DNA from: a virus
Taxonomy: Duplodnaviria; Caudoviricetes
Virus record (IMG/VR): IMGVR_UViG_3300020413_000063
Span: 1 to 26,567 of that record
DNA: 26,567 nucleotides
Strand: one strand, 5' to 3'
Part shown: one piece after another, positions 15,475-25,854 of the stretch
Numbering within the stretch: the first letter of the stretch is position 1
Layout of the letters: each line of letters begins with the position of its first letter
Position numbers and translations under genes: made by a program
Notes under the pieces: generated by a model
The model's input: only the letters and a program-made list of their open reading frames with translations
Told to the model about the DNA's origin: nothing
The model's database searches: none

Positions 15475-17449
15475 ATCTCATCATTCTAATCATTTGATCA
15501 ATTAAGCCTCTACCACTTTGAGCTAATCCAGATTCAGGTTCATCAGCAACAGTTTCTAAAATAGAAGATTGACCACCAGCACGACCAACATTTTCAAATA
15601 AACTTTCAAACAATTCTGGTCTTGAAATAATACTTCTGTAATTTTCTTGTGCATTGCCAGCATTCCTACTTGTTAGAATATTAGCTAATCTTATTGCGTC
15701 TTTTTCACTATATCCTTCTGTTCTAAATTGATTTGCAAGTTTTCTAGCTACTTGAAATGCTCCAGCTTCTAAACCACCACTTCTTAAAGATTGACCAATT
15801 GTCATAGCATCATCAACATTTGCATTTTTTTGAGCTTCTATATTTGATTTAGTATCACTTTTTTTAGCTACAATCCTTTTAGATGTTAAAGCATTTTTTG
15901 CATTTTCAAATTTCTCAATCATAGTTTGAATTGATTTATTTGGGTATAATTCTTTAAATATCATACTTGCTGAGCTATCTGATTTAGCAAAATTATCAAT
16001 TAAATTATTCAATCCTTTAACAGTATTCATGTTATCTCTAATTTCCCTAGCTAATCCAATTTGATATTGTTGAGTTAAAAATTCTTTATCAGATTTATTT
16101 GTAATTTTAGCTAAATTTTTCTTGTAACTAGATAAAAATTCGTCTGGACTAGTTTTACTTAAAACCCCTCTAATTTCTTTTTCTACTTTCATTGCAATTT
16201 GATTAGCTGTGTTAGCTGATCTTGCATCTTTAATCCCAGGGGTTTCATCATCTATTTTTTTTGTAACTGGTTCTTGTTGTTTTTCCCTTATATTTTTTGC
16301 AGTTTTAGAACTTTTCATTTTATAGGTTAAATCTTTAACATCTTGTGCTACAGCCTCAACAATTTCCATTGATAATGGTTGATTGCTTAAATTTTGCAAT
16401 TTTCCAGTTTCTTTATTTATTTTTAAGGGGTTGTAAGATAAATTTAACTTTGACCTTAATAATTGATTAGCTTTTTTAATAAATTGTGGATTTACCTCAA
16501 GCATATTATTAAAAGCATCTACTAATTCTTTTGATGGGGTAACTCCTTTTAATGCACTGTCGTATGCATCACTTGTCTTTTTAGATTGTGTTGAAACCAT
16601 CTCTTCAAAAGTATCAAGAAAATTATTATACCCATTCATTTGATTTTGAGATACTAACCCCTCTGGAATTAAATCTTGATTAGCTTGTTTTTGAATATTT
16701 TTGGATTGTGCATCTAAATTAGCATCAGCACCTTCTCTTATAGTTTTGCCAGCAGACTTTTCCCATTGGGTAGCAATTACTTTTCCTAAATGTGCAAAAG
16801 ATGGGTCAATATCCATTAATGGTATTTTTTCTTTAATAATTGTTTTTAATGCATCATTTAAAGTCATCCTACTATTTCTTGCATAATTTCTTAATGCATT
16901 GATAACTGCTTTGGCTTCTTGCCCACCTAAATTTTTATCTATGTATTTAAAAAAAGGTGTAGCAATATTGCCACCTAAAGCACCAACAAAGCCACCTAAA
17001 GGAACAAAAATAGCTCCTAATAAAGCACCATTTAAAACTTGATCAATGCTTTCACCTTTATCTCTAGCTTGACCATAAGCTTGTAAAGCCCCAAGTGTTG
17101 CCCCCTCTAATGTTAATGCTCCACCTTTAGCTAATTTATTAGCACCTTTTAACACTCTTCCCCCAAGACCTAATGGGGCAAGTAAAGAAGCAGTACCACC
17201 AGTAATTTCACCAGCTAACATTGATTTAGGATTAGTTCTTTGATAACTATCTATTTGGCCATGTATTCTATCTAGTTCTTTATTATATGAACTATCTGGT
17301 TTAACCATACTTAAAAACCTAGCCTCAAGTTCATCACCAAAATCAAGAGTTAAGCCTTGATAAGCACCTCTTCCAAATGCCATTGGTGCTGTATTAGTTT
17401 TATCTCTTGCTTGGCTTGCTAATTCTTTTAGATAATCATCTTGTGACAT
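15473..17449 (-). CDS. Internal virion / DNA ejection protein
   Basis: 658 aa; GAYQGLTLDFGDEL motif, Gly/Ala-rich hydrophobic stretch, helical remainder; last gene of the virion operon. Confidence 0.7.
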   Translation of the reverse strand: MSQDDYLKELASQARDKTNTAPMAFGRGAYQGLTLDFGDELEARFLSMVKPDSSYNKELDRIHGQIDSYQRTNPKSMLAGEITGGTASLLAPLGLGGRVLKGANKLAKGGALTLEGATLGALQAYGQARDKGESIDQVLNGALLGAIFVPLGGFVGALGGNIATPFFKYIDKNLGGQEAKAVINALRNYARNSRMTLNDALKTIIKEKIPLMDIDPSFAHLGKVIATQWEKSAGKTIREGADANLDAQSKNIQKQANQDLIPEGLVSQNQMNGYNNFLDTFEEMVSTQSKKTSDAYDSALKGVTPSKELVDAFNNMLEVNPQFIKKANQLLRSKLNLSYNPLKINKETGKLQNLSNQPLSMEIVEAVAQDVKDLTYKMKSSKTAKNIREKQQEPVTKKIDDETPGIKDARSANTANQIAMKVEKEIRGVLSKTSPDEFLSSYKKNLAKITNKSDKEFLTQQYQIGLAREIRDNMNTVKGLNNLIDNFAKSDSSASMIFKELYPNKSIQTMIEKFENAKNALTSKRIVAKKSDTKSNIEAQKNANVDDAMTIGQSLRSGGLEAGAFQVARKLANQFRTEGYSEKDAIRLANILTSRNAGNAQENYRSIISRPELFESLFENVGRAGGQSSILETVADEPESGLAQSGRGLIDQMIRMMR

Positions 17450-17458
17450 TTATTCCCC

Positions 17459-19120
17459 CTAATCTAAATTTAAATAATCATGTGTAAAGTCTGGATATTT
17501 TTCTTCTAAATATTTCTTTATTTTTATTTTATCTTGTTTTGAAAAATGACCTGCTGTCCACATTTGTCTAAAGTCAAAATTATTAAAAGTTCTACCATAT
17601 TCATCTTCTAATTTAACAAATATAGAATTTCTAATTAAACCTTGATTTCTCATATCTTGCCAAACATCCCTAAGAGATGCCCCTTGAGGTAACATTTCCT
17701 CTATTTTGGGTGGGGTAGTTAATCTTTCATCAATAGCTAAATTACTTATATAATTTTCACCTTTTTTATATTGTTCTTCACTAATCCCTAGTGGCTCAAC
17801 AATATTTCTAATATCCATGTTCCCATATCTATCAACTCTTTCTGTTGTTTGTTGGGCAATATTTTCATAATTCTTTTTAGATTGATTAAATATATCTCTT
17901 GAGGTTTGAAGTATAAAATTTCTTTGGTCTTTAGTTAAACCACCAGCACCAACAACTTGATTATAAAAAGCTCCAGCCCATGCAGGAATACCACCTAATT
18001 GTCTAACAGATGCTTGCTCACCTTCTCTAACAGTACTTCTTGGGTCTAAAAGTTTCATAAATCTAAAAACAATAGCCAAGTCATCAGAAGGTAGACCCCT
18101 AACAGCCATTGATACTAAATCATCATAAAAAGGTATCATTGCTCTATAATTTGCTACATATTCATGATTATAAAATTCTTTTCTAAAAGCACCCTCTTGA
18201 TCCATGATATCACCTCTGTTTTGTATCATGGATTTAAATATTTCATTAGGCTCAACATTACTTTGCAACATAGCCATGTACTTATCTTTCATTGGCCCAG
18301 CTGACATTGAAGTTATATAACTCTCTAATCTTGTACGACCTTCTGCTAATTTATTAGCCTCATTTTGTTTTTCTTGGCGCAAAGAAATAGCTTGATTTAA
18401 AGTTGGGTCTGGATTTAATCTCATTGAATTAAATGCCATTGCTAGATTACCCATATTTGGAGAGCCACCCCCACCTAATAAGCCACCTAAACCACCAGTT
18501 AATTGGCTAATCAAACTTGCTTTTTTATTGGGATTAGGTGGTTGATTTATATTATTAGCCCCACCGAAATGGTTTATTCCTAAATCATTTATCATTTTTG
18601 CCTTATCCCTTCGCATTTTAAGTGAGTTTAAATATGTGTTTAATTGACTTCTGTGATCTGGATTACTTGGGTCATAATTTGGCATATCTCTTGGGTCTGC
18701 CCTATAATAAGCTTTTTCAAGAGCTTCCGTAATTGAACCAATATCTTGAAAAGTTCCTTGATTATACAAATCCATAAAACTTTTATAATTTTGAAAAGAT
18801 GTTGGGTCTTTGTAATTACTATCTTTTAGCTCTTCCAACATAAACCTTACTTGACCACTTAAATCATCAATAGGTAATCCATAGCTATCTAAATAATTTC
18901 TTAACTTATCTTGCCTTCCACCTCTCCATTGATTTATACCTAATGCATACCTTTTTTTATCATCTTCTGGGCTTCTTATACTTCCATCAAATCCTCTTGT
19001 TGGAGTATACATATTTTCAACCATCATGTTTCCAACAAAGCCAGACGCAACATCAAATGGCATCCCACTTGATAAAAGTTGTGTCATAATTGAAAAAACT
19101 GATGGATGTAAATTTGCCAT
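17459..19120 (-). CDS. Internal virion protein with N-terminal phage tail lysozyme domain
   Basis: SGFVGNMMVE, LGINQWRGGR and QVRFMLEEL (Phage_lysozyme2-like); C-terminal FMKLLDPRSTVREGE ejection-protein motif. Confidence 0.8.
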   Translation of the reverse strand: MANLHPSVFSIMTQLLSSGMPFDVASGFVGNMMVENMYTPTRGFDGSIRSPEDDKKRYALGINQWRGGRQDKLRNYLDSYGLPIDDLSGQVRFMLEELKDSNYKDPTSFQNYKSFMDLYNQGTFQDIGSITEALEKAYYRADPRDMPNYDPSNPDHRSQLNTYLNSLKMRRDKAKMINDLGINHFGGANNINQPPNPNKKASLISQLTGGLGGLLGGGGSPNMGNLAMAFNSMRLNPDPTLNQAISLRQEKQNEANKLAEGRTRLESYITSMSAGPMKDKYMAMLQSNVEPNEIFKSMIQNRGDIMDQEGAFRKEFYNHEYVANYRAMIPFYDDLVSMAVRGLPSDDLAIVFRFMKLLDPRSTVREGEQASVRQLGGIPAWAGAFYNQVVGAGGLTKDQRNFILQTSRDIFNQSKKNYENIAQQTTERVDRYGNMDIRNIVEPLGISEEQYKKGENYISNLAIDERLTTPPKIEEMLPQGASLRDVWQDMRNQGLIRNSIFVKLEDEYGRTFNNFDFRQMWTAGHFSKQDKIKIKKYLEEKYPDFTHDYLNLD

Positions 19121-19122
19121 AT

Positions 19123-19806
19123 TTAACCCATTTTAGTCATTGCTAATAATGTTAGGTAATCAAATAAGCCATGTTTTTGAGATGTTGTTTGCGTTCCTTG
19201 AGCTGGAATTATTCCTAGTGAACTTAATAAAGCACTTAACCCTTGTTGCCCTGCTCCTGTAAAACCACCAAATTGTTGTTGAGCTTTGTCAACTAAAGCT
19301 TGTTGTAACATTCTTTGGGTTTCACTTCGATTATAAGCTTTATCATCTAAATAATTCGCCATTCCAAAACCCATATTAGAAAGACCAGATAATGCCCCTG
19401 CCCCTGCCATTTGATTTTGAGCAACATTTAATCCCATTTGATTTTGAGTATTAAATTGGTTCATGGCTTGATTATAATTTTGCATATTTAAATTTGATGC
19501 AAGATCACCAGCTTGTTTTGCATAAACTTCATTAGTTAAACTATCGGCTACTCCATGCCTACTTCCACCGTATGCGCCTGCACTTACTGCTTGTGCTTGC
19601 ATATTTTGGATTGCTTTTTGTCTAGCATCTTCAAGATTACCTAATGATTTATCAATAACTTGGTTAGTATAAGGGTTCATATATTGATTAAGGTTATCTT
19701 GATTAAAGGCCACTGGTTGATAATTCATGGCATTAGTCATTCCAGTTTGGGCTTGACCCATACTATCAACTACTTGGTTATAAACATTGTTCCCTGCTGT
19801 TGCCAT
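19123..19806 (-). CDS. DNA transfer/pilot-like internal virion protein
   Basis: Q/N/A/G-rich; YMNPY and AGAYGGSR motifs. Confidence 0.7.
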   Translation of the reverse strand: MATAGNNVYNQVVDSMGQAQTGMTNAMNYQPVAFNQDNLNQYMNPYTNQVIDKSLGNLEDARQKAIQNMQAQAVSAGAYGGSRHGVADSLTNEVYAKQAGDLASNLNMQNYNQAMNQFNTQNQMGLNVAQNQMAGAGALSGLSNMGFGMANYLDDKAYNRSETQRMLQQALVDKAQQQFGGFTGAGQQGLSALLSSLGIIPAQGTQTTSQKHGLFDYLTLLAMTKMG

Positions 19807-19821
19807 TTTTTGTTCTCCTAA

Positions 19822-20478
19822 TTAAGGGGTCGGTTCTCTAAAATCGTTGTGAAAAAGTCCATCTGGGTAATCATAGTCACCACTTAACCAATCAGTAAAA
19901 TCTTGGATGGGGTCATAATTCATATCAATGTTATATGTTCCACTATCAAAAAAACTATATTCACCATTGTCATTATTATTTGCTATGGTTGTAGTTGGTG
20001 GGAAATAGTTATCATCATCACTTGAACCACTAGAAGTTGGAGTAGGTGATCCCATTGTATTTGATGCCATCATTGGAGTAATTGGGTAGCCTGTGACGGG
20101 ATTGACTTGACCCATTGTGCTAGGTGGGGGTAAAGATTCGGCCGTCTGTGCTTCTATTCTCCTATAAATATCTGGGTAATTCTCTTTTAACTTAGCCAAT
20201 TGGTCTGTATATAAATCATAAGACTTGTACCCACTAATCCCATTTTCAGTAACCATTGGTGGTAGATTGTTTGCTACTTCTTCCATCCCAAAAGAACTCA
20301 AAGCACTATTAAGATTGTTATTTATTCTTGGGTCTTGTCCAACTACATCAACACCCATATACGGAGCATAAGGAACATTTAAACCTTTAGCTTGAGCCAC
20401 AGCATCTTTAACCATATCCTCTTGCCATTTTGGGATAGCTGTTGTTACTGTTTGAGAACCACCTTTACCACCTGCCAT
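19822..20478 (-). CDS. Putative internal virion protein
   Basis: MAGGKGGSQTVTT.IP.W N-terminus; AGGAG RBS before ATG 20478. Confidence 0.65.
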   Translation of the reverse strand: MAGGKGGSQTVTTAIPKWQEDMVKDAVAQAKGLNVPYAPYMGVDVVGQDPRINNNLNSALSSFGMEEVANNLPPMVTENGISGYKSYDLYTDQLAKLKENYPDIYRRIEAQTAESLPPPSTMGQVNPVTGYPITPMMASNTMGSPTPTSSGSSDDDNYFPPTTTIANNNDNGEYSFFDSGTYNIDMNYDPIQDFTDWLSGDYDYPDGLFHNDFREPTP

Positions 20479-20479
20479 T

Positions 20480-20842
20480 TTATATCTCCTTATAGATAGT
20501 TGTTTGGGCTTCTTTCCACCCATGATCTTTTAATGCTTTTACCCATCCTCTTCGCCCACTTATTGTTAGTTCTGTGCAATTTAATTTCTTAGCCCAAAAG
20601 ATAACACTTTGGTGCATATCCTTTAATTGGTTCATTTCCCCCGCCCCCAAAAATACATGACAAACTTTCTTTTTAGGATATTCCAATATCTCCGTGACAA
20701 GGCATCCTTTTTCTGCTGGCCACAATTGGTATTTTCGTTCTGCAAGACCTTGAAATATATCCACCAAATCATGCGTACCCCCACCATATTTAAGAGCCTC
20801 TTCAATCCAATAACTACATTTATTAATTTCTTCTTTTTTCAT
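20480..20842 (-). CDS. GNAT-fold-like virion morphogenesis protein
   Basis: VTEI..YP.KK..HVFLGAG and GRRGW motifs; lies between the nozzle and internal virion genes. Confidence 0.6.
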   Translation of the reverse strand: MKKEEINKCSYWIEEALKYGGGTHDLVDIFQGLAERKYQLWPAEKGCLVTEILEYPKKKVCHVFLGAGEMNQLKDMHQSVIFWAKKLNCTELTISGRRGWVKALKDHGWKEAQTTIYKEI

Positions 20843-21048
20843 ATTGCTATTGCTGAAAGCACTCCACTATTATCAACACTTATTTTATACCTAGTTCCAT
20901 TAGGGCTAGATAAAATCAATCTTTCATCTTTTACTATTTCAACGTCTTGTTGTTTTTTACGATTTAATGCATCTTGACTTTCAAGCTCTCGATTTCTTTC
21001 GATTTCAAAAGTTGGGTCATAATTTTGAGATGGTGGTTGTAAAATCAT
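20839..21048 (-). CDS. Small tail-associated protein
   Basis: LILSSPNGTRYKISVDNSGVLS motif; ATGA-coupled at both ends. Confidence 0.7.
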   Translation of the reverse strand: MILQPPSQNYDPTFEIERNRELESQDALNRKKQQDVEIVKDERLILSSPNGTRYKISVDNSGVLSAIAI

Positions 21049-23327
21049 CTTTTCCCACCTTGCTTTGCATCAAGTCTAATAGTTCCTATTCGCCAATCAC
21101 TATTAGAATTAGCATCAGTTATTCTCATTGTGGCTTGCCTTCCTGTAAATCTTACATCTGTAGGATTTGAAAACGTCACTAACCCATGATCAGTTTCAGA
21201 ACCATTGGGGTACAATTTTGTTTTAAATCGACCTACAACATTACCTTGAGTTTTTTCATCAGGAATAATTTGGTTTATATGCATTAAGTTGTCACCATTT
21301 CCTAATTGAAAAGGTGCAGTTTCAGCAAATGGGGTAAAACCATTTCTATTAAAACCTACCTCATGCTCAACAATTTGGTGAGGCAAAATAGAGAATGTAC
21401 CTTTATTTTGGGTTTGTAATAATTCAGAAGTATTTGCCCCATTTGTATGATTGCTAAAACTTGGTGTATGAAAAGTAAGCCATCCTCTGCCAGGTCTTAA
21501 TTGGTCAGTTCTATCTAATGGTGTAACTTTTATATATTTTGTAAAAGCCCCTGTACCACCCATTTGTTTTATTCCATCAAAACTTTCTGTAATAATTCCA
21601 TGATTTAAAATATCAAAACCACCACCAAGAGAAAATTCAAATTGGGCAATACTTCCACTACTTGTTGAACTAAAATTAATCTCCGTAATTTTTGTCCATT
21701 GGTATCCTTCAAGTCTTGTTATTGTTGAAATTGGTGAAACCATTTGAAAAGAGGCACTTTGAGATGCTCCATTTTCATCTAAGCCAACTAATTGAATTGT
21801 AACTGTTACTGTTGAGCCTGATGGGTATCGATAGAAAAAATATTCAGCACTTGGTAAGGTAAAAGTTTCATACAATGTTCCAGACCCAGAATATTGAACT
21901 AATTCCCCATAATCACTTATGCCTATATTAATAGAACTAGTTGTGTCTAAAAAATTAATAGGTGGTGTATTTGCAGAAATAGAAGGATTTGCATAAATGG
22001 ATGTATTAATTCTATTTCTTTGCCTAATAAGATTTCCTACATTTGTGCATGATAAATCTTTTTCTGGACTTGATGAAGTTGTTGGGGTTTGCCCATTAAA
22101 TTCTACTTCAATAAATAAACTATCTCCAGAACCATGCCTAATTGCTAGTGGATAAGTACTATCATTTAATTTGCTAGTTGCTTTTATTGGATACTCAAAA
22201 ACACCTTGATCAACACCAGATGTTCTACCTAATTCACCATACCACCAAGAATTGTTTTTGTAATTCCATGTTACATATTCATTATTTTCATTAGAATTTA
22301 ATCCTGCAAAATACCATGTAATTTCATCAAACTTTGCGTTGGTTATTGCACAAATTTTTGATTGTTGAGTTGTAGTAAGTCTTTCTGTAAGATAATCTTG
22401 AATTTCACATTTAAGTTCTTGAACTCTTCCACCACTATAAATAAAAAATCCATTTGATCCCCACCAAACTATTCCAGCATCTATAGACGCAGAAGCTAGG
22501 TTTCCATAAGCTCCACAATTTTCACCAACCCTCTGAATAGAATGAACAAATGGTAAACCAATGTATCTTGTGGCATGAGCATCTGTATCTGTAACAATTA
22601 AAATTCCACCTCTAATTTTTTGAGATAAAACATATTGACCAGTTGTTTGTAAATCTAAATTACCAGCTTGATTAGTTGCGCTAGATGCCCATGTATTATA
22701 ATTTTCTTGGTCACTCCATTTTACTTGTCTACTTGTAAAGCAAAACAAAAATCTTTCATCACTTACAATAGACCCAACATTATTATTACTATAACCATTA
22801 CTAGGGTCAGATGCTCCAGATATTTCTTGAGCTTTATTTGCTGTATTTAAATCCCAATAAAATACTCTTCCACTATCTCTATTACAAAAAATTAATTGCT
22901 CTCCAAATGTTGAAAACTGTATAGTTGTAGCAGGCAAAAGTGTAGAGGATGTTGATAATGGCTGACTTCCCCATTGACCACTACCGTAAAAGCCTGACCC
23001 ATAACCAGTCATTCCTTGAGCATTTTCTCTTCCTATTACAAAAAGAGTTGGTGTAATATCATACAAATCCCCATTGGGGAAAAGAACAAATACTTTTTTA
23101 TAATTTGTAAAAGCTAAATATCTTGAACCATTATTACCTTTCCAAGCTATCATGCCTCTTATTGGCGCATCAACTGCTATATCAGTTCTTGTTCTCCAAC
23201 CACCTAAAGGTTTTAAACTATCATCATGCCAACGTACTAATTGACTTATTGCCCATCTACCAGAAGCATCAAGTTCAGTACCATTTTTATAAACTCCATT
23301 AGGAAATTTTAATGGGATAAGTGGCAT
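21045..23327 (-). CDS. Tail nozzle / DNA-stabilisation protein (P22 gp10-like) with internal insertion
   Basis: MPLIPLKFPNGVYKNGT, WSDQEN...W, FDEITWYF, IPDEKTQG, RFTGRQ and WRIG..RLD...GKR motifs; TAATG coupling at 23325-23329. Confidence 0.75.
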   Translation of the reverse strand: MPLIPLKFPNGVYKNGTELDASGRWAISQLVRWHDDSLKPLGGWRTRTDIAVDAPIRGMIAWKGNNGSRYLAFTNYKKVFVLFPNGDLYDITPTLFVIGRENAQGMTGYGSGFYGSGQWGSQPLSTSSTLLPATTIQFSTFGEQLIFCNRDSGRVFYWDLNTANKAQEISGASDPSNGYSNNNVGSIVSDERFLFCFTSRQVKWSDQENYNTWASSATNQAGNLDLQTTGQYVLSQKIRGGILIVTDTDAHATRYIGLPFVHSIQRVGENCGAYGNLASASIDAGIVWWGSNGFFIYSGGRVQELKCEIQDYLTERLTTTQQSKICAITNAKFDEITWYFAGLNSNENNEYVTWNYKNNSWWYGELGRTSGVDQGVFEYPIKATSKLNDSTYPLAIRHGSGDSLFIEVEFNGQTPTTSSSPEKDLSCTNVGNLIRQRNRINTSIYANPSISANTPPINFLDTTSSINIGISDYGELVQYSGSGTLYETFTLPSAEYFFYRYPSGSTVTVTIQLVGLDENGASQSASFQMVSPISTITRLEGYQWTKITEINFSSTSSGSIAQFEFSLGGGFDILNHGIITESFDGIKQMGGTGAFTKYIKVTPLDRTDQLRPGRGWLTFHTPSFSNHTNGANTSELLQTQNKGTFSILPHQIVEHEVGFNRNGFTPFAETAPFQLGNGDNLMHINQIIPDEKTQGNVVGRFKTKLYPNGSETDHGLVTFSNPTDVRFTGRQATMRITDANSNSDWRIGTIRLDAKQGGKR

Positions 23328-24157
23328 TATTTCATAACCTTTAAACGCATTTTCCATCTACCTACAGTTGTTGTGACTGTATTCCCCACAACACCAGCTG
23401 ATCTTGAGGCAATTTGGAATTGACCTAGACTTGGGAATACTCCTTTTACATTTGCATTATCTCCACTTTCTACATAGACACTTGGAGAGTAACTAGCATT
23501 GGCTACTGTATCTGTTCCATAAATAGTATCTCCGACACTATACCCATGATCTGCTTGAGTACATACAATTGCCCACTGAATCATAAATGGACTAGCATTC
23601 AATCCATGAGAAAAAGAAAAAGTACCACCACCAGTTACAGTCATGTCACTTGATGTTGCGCCTTGCCTTGTAGCAGCGATTGCTGAATAAATAGAAGTTG
23701 TGTCCACACCAGCAAAAGTAAATTGACCAGTATTGCTATCATAAGTGAGTGATCCATTTGATGATGAACCACTATTTGAAACTGACAAACTTCCCAATGT
23801 CATTCCAGAACCACTATCATCAGTTGCAAATTCTAGGGCAGTTCCACCACTATTCATTTTAAGGATTTGGCCTGACGTTCCTAAAGATGATGGAGTATCC
23901 GACATATCTAAAATGGAAGGTGTGAAAAATTCTAATGCAGTTGCACCACTATTCATTTTTAATTGTTGATTTGCAGTTCCTAATGCGTTTGGAGTGTCTG
24001 TTATTGAACTAGCCACAATTGAAGTTGGAATTGCGTCTGATACTGTTTTTAGATTTGTATCTATAGAAATAATCGTATTGTTTAAAGTACTGCCCCACAG
24101 ATTTTCAGACCCACCGACAGTTGGATATTCAAAGCTATAATTTGATGTAGTTCCCAT
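23327..24157 (-). CDS. Tail fibre-like protein
   Basis: PTVGGSENLWG.LN N-terminus; duplicated DTP..LGT..Q.LKMNSG.TALEF unit. Confidence 0.7.
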   Translation of the reverse strand: MGTTSNYSFEYPTVGGSENLWGSTLNNTIISIDTNLKTVSDAIPTSIVASSITDTPNALGTANQQLKMNSGATALEFFTPSILDMSDTPSSLGTSGQILKMNSGGTALEFATDDSGSGMTLGSLSVSNSGSSSNGSLTYDSNTGQFTFAGVDTTSIYSAIAATRQGATSSDMTVTGGGTFSFSHGLNASPFMIQWAIVCTQADHGYSVGDTIYGTDTVANASYSPSVYVESGDNANVKGVFPSLGQFQIASRSAGVVGNTVTTTVGRWKMRLKVMK

Positions 24158-24158
24158 G

Positions 24159-24923
24159 TTATGCGACCTTACTTAATGTTGAAAATACGTTAGATTGTGA
24201 CCAAGAAGTTGATGGGTTTGAAACTTCTGACCAATTTGTACTTACATTTGAAGTTTCTTCCCAAAAATACTTAGGCACGATAATGATGTTTGATTGTGAT
24301 GTAAAACCACCATTCCCCATTTGTATTCTTTGGAAAGTTCCATTGATACTTGATTGAGAAATATGTGACGCAACACCAGAGAAAATTCCATTAGCATTAC
24401 AAGTAGTTTCTAATTGTGATGCTAAATTTATTGAATTTGTTCTAATTCTTACATTTGATGCATTAACATTTGTTTGAGATGTTAAAGATAAGCCCGATTG
24501 TAAAATAGCATGAAATGGCGCATTAAATGCACTTTGGTAAGATAAAGAAACTTCACCAAATCTAACTCTTAAAATATTTGTTGTTACTGATGATTGTGAT
24601 GCAAAAACAATAGGAGATGTTCTTAGCCTTATTGCATTTATTGTAAAAGTTAAATTGTCAGCTAATGTTGCATTATCTTCTCTAACTCTTCTAGCCCCAC
24701 AAGTACTATTTGTTTGAGAACCAAAAATAGCTGATGTTGTTTCGATTGCGTTAAATGTTCCAGAAATAGAAGCTTGAGATGCAAAAGAAATAGATGCAGG
24801 TTGAATTCTATTTGGAATAGTTGATAAATTTGAATTTATAGAAAAAGTTACCGAAGCTTGAACAAGAGTTGTACTAGCTGATGTGCTAAAAGGAGTTTCA
24901 CTATAACTTACAAATCCAAACAT
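24159..24923 (-). CDS. Ser/Thr-rich virion protein with 20-aa periodic repeats
   Basis: MFGF..YSE.PFS N-terminus; SQ recurs every 20 aa; Trp every 10 aa at the C-terminus. Confidence 0.65.
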   Translation of the reverse strand: MFGFVSYSETPFSTSASTTLVQASVTFSINSNLSTIPNRIQPASISFASQASISGTFNAIETTSAIFGSQTNSTCGARRVREDNATLADNLTFTINAIRLRTSPIVFASQSSVTTNILRVRFGEVSLSYQSAFNAPFHAILQSGLSLTSQTNVNASNVRIRTNSINLASQLETTCNANGIFSGVASHISQSSINGTFQRIQMGNGGFTSQSNIIIVPKYFWEETSNVSTNWSEVSNPSTSWSQSNVFSTLSKVA

Positions 24924-24938
24924 TAATTATTTTTTCCT

Positions 24939-25280
24939 TTAGTCTGCCCAAGGTAAATTAGGATTTTTGATAGCCATATCATCAATTTGTTTTTGAATTT
25001 GTGCATTAACATGAACTTCATAATCACCAGTTACTTGTGCTTGAATCCATCCAAGAACATCTGATTCTTTTAATTCTGATATTGCCTTAAAGTCTGATGC
25101 AGAAGTATTTACAGAAGTAAGAGGAGTAGCACCTACAAATTCACCTTTATTTCCATTGCTATCTGTGCCTATCTTTTTCCAACGAGTTTGAATGACTGCA
25201 TCTTTATTTGTAGCATTATCAGTATTAGTTTCATCTTTAGTTTGTATAGATGTAACTTCCCATGTGTAAGTCATGCTCAT
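24939..25280 (-). CDS. Conserved tail-module hypothetical protein
   Basis: TYTWEV...F...L.E..VLGWI pattern typical of tail-fibre neighbours. Confidence 0.7.
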   Translation of the reverse strand: MSMTYTWEVTSIQTKDETNTDNATNKDAVIQTRWKKIGTDSNGNKGEFVGATPLTSVNTSASDFKAISELKESDVLGWIQAQVTGDYEVHVNAQIQKQIDDMAIKNPNLPWAD

Positions 25281-25480
25281 AGTGATAACTCCTTATCTAG
25301 TCTTTCTGTAAAAACTTGTTTCATTGCGCCTATTTGATCTAACGTAAATCTTGCTGAATTTTCTTTTTTCTCAATATCAATAAGTTGTGAAAACAAATAC
25401 TTTTGTTGGTCAGTAAGAGATGATTGTTCATACTCTTTACCTTTCCATCTTATCTTTGGGGGTTGTGTATTCTCTGTCAT
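25277..25480 (-). CDS. Small coiled-coil tail-module protein
   Basis: GKEY....LTDQQK motif; GAGGA RBS. Confidence 0.7.
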   Translation of the reverse strand: MTENTQPPKIRWKGKEYEQSSLTDQQKYLFSQLIDIEKKENSARFTLDQIGAMKQVFTERLDKELSL

Positions 25481-25488
25481 GTATTCCT

Positions 25489-25854
25489 CTATTCTGGTTT
25501 AGTAGGCAAATCTGACTCTTCTAAATTAGGCCAGTTTTCATGAGTGGGTAAATCTCGCAAAGCTTGTCTATAAGGTTGCCATTTGGTACGAGTTTCTTCT
25601 GCAACGTCTGGTTGTTGTGTCCAATCAGATTGACTTAACAAATCATTTCTTACATTTCTTAACATTCTTGCTCTTTGTTCATCTTCAGTACCTTTAATAA
25701 TAGTAGGGTCATTTTTTAACATTTCTTCTTCATTATTATGATTTTCAACAATCCAATCTTTTTCTTCTTCAGAAAGCACTTTTGGTTCACTAGACCCTGC
25801 AACAAAAGCAGGAAAATTATCCCAATCAATATCTTCTTTTGTTATCTTGCTCAT
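25489..25854 (-). CDS. Tail fibre assembly chaperone
   Basis: RNDLLSQSDWTQQPD...W..YRQALRDLP signature. Confidence 0.85.
   Translation of the reverse strand: MSKITKEDIDWDNFPAFVAGSSEPKVLSEEEKDWIVENHNNEEEMLKNDPTIIKGTEDEQRARMLRNVRNDLLSQSDWTQQPDVAEETRTKWQPYRQALRDLPTHENWPNLEESDLPTKPE

Noticed and set aside
19390-19410. KOPS (GGGNAGGG) motif oriented toward the dif-like site
   Set aside because: A single coding-region occurrence seen by eye is compatible with chance.
21378-22175. Intein as the explanation for the nozzle insertion
   Set aside because: The HQ near the end is followed by Ile rather than Cys/Ser/Thr, and no splicing blocks or LAGLIDADG motifs are visible.
1608-23969. Short antisense or alternate-frame ORFs (1608, 2729, 4159, 4891, 7358, 10156, 10963, 12679, 13107, 14942, 16701, 20627, 20967, 22668, 23745)
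   Set aside because: They are shadows of well-supported genes and show no motifs of their own.
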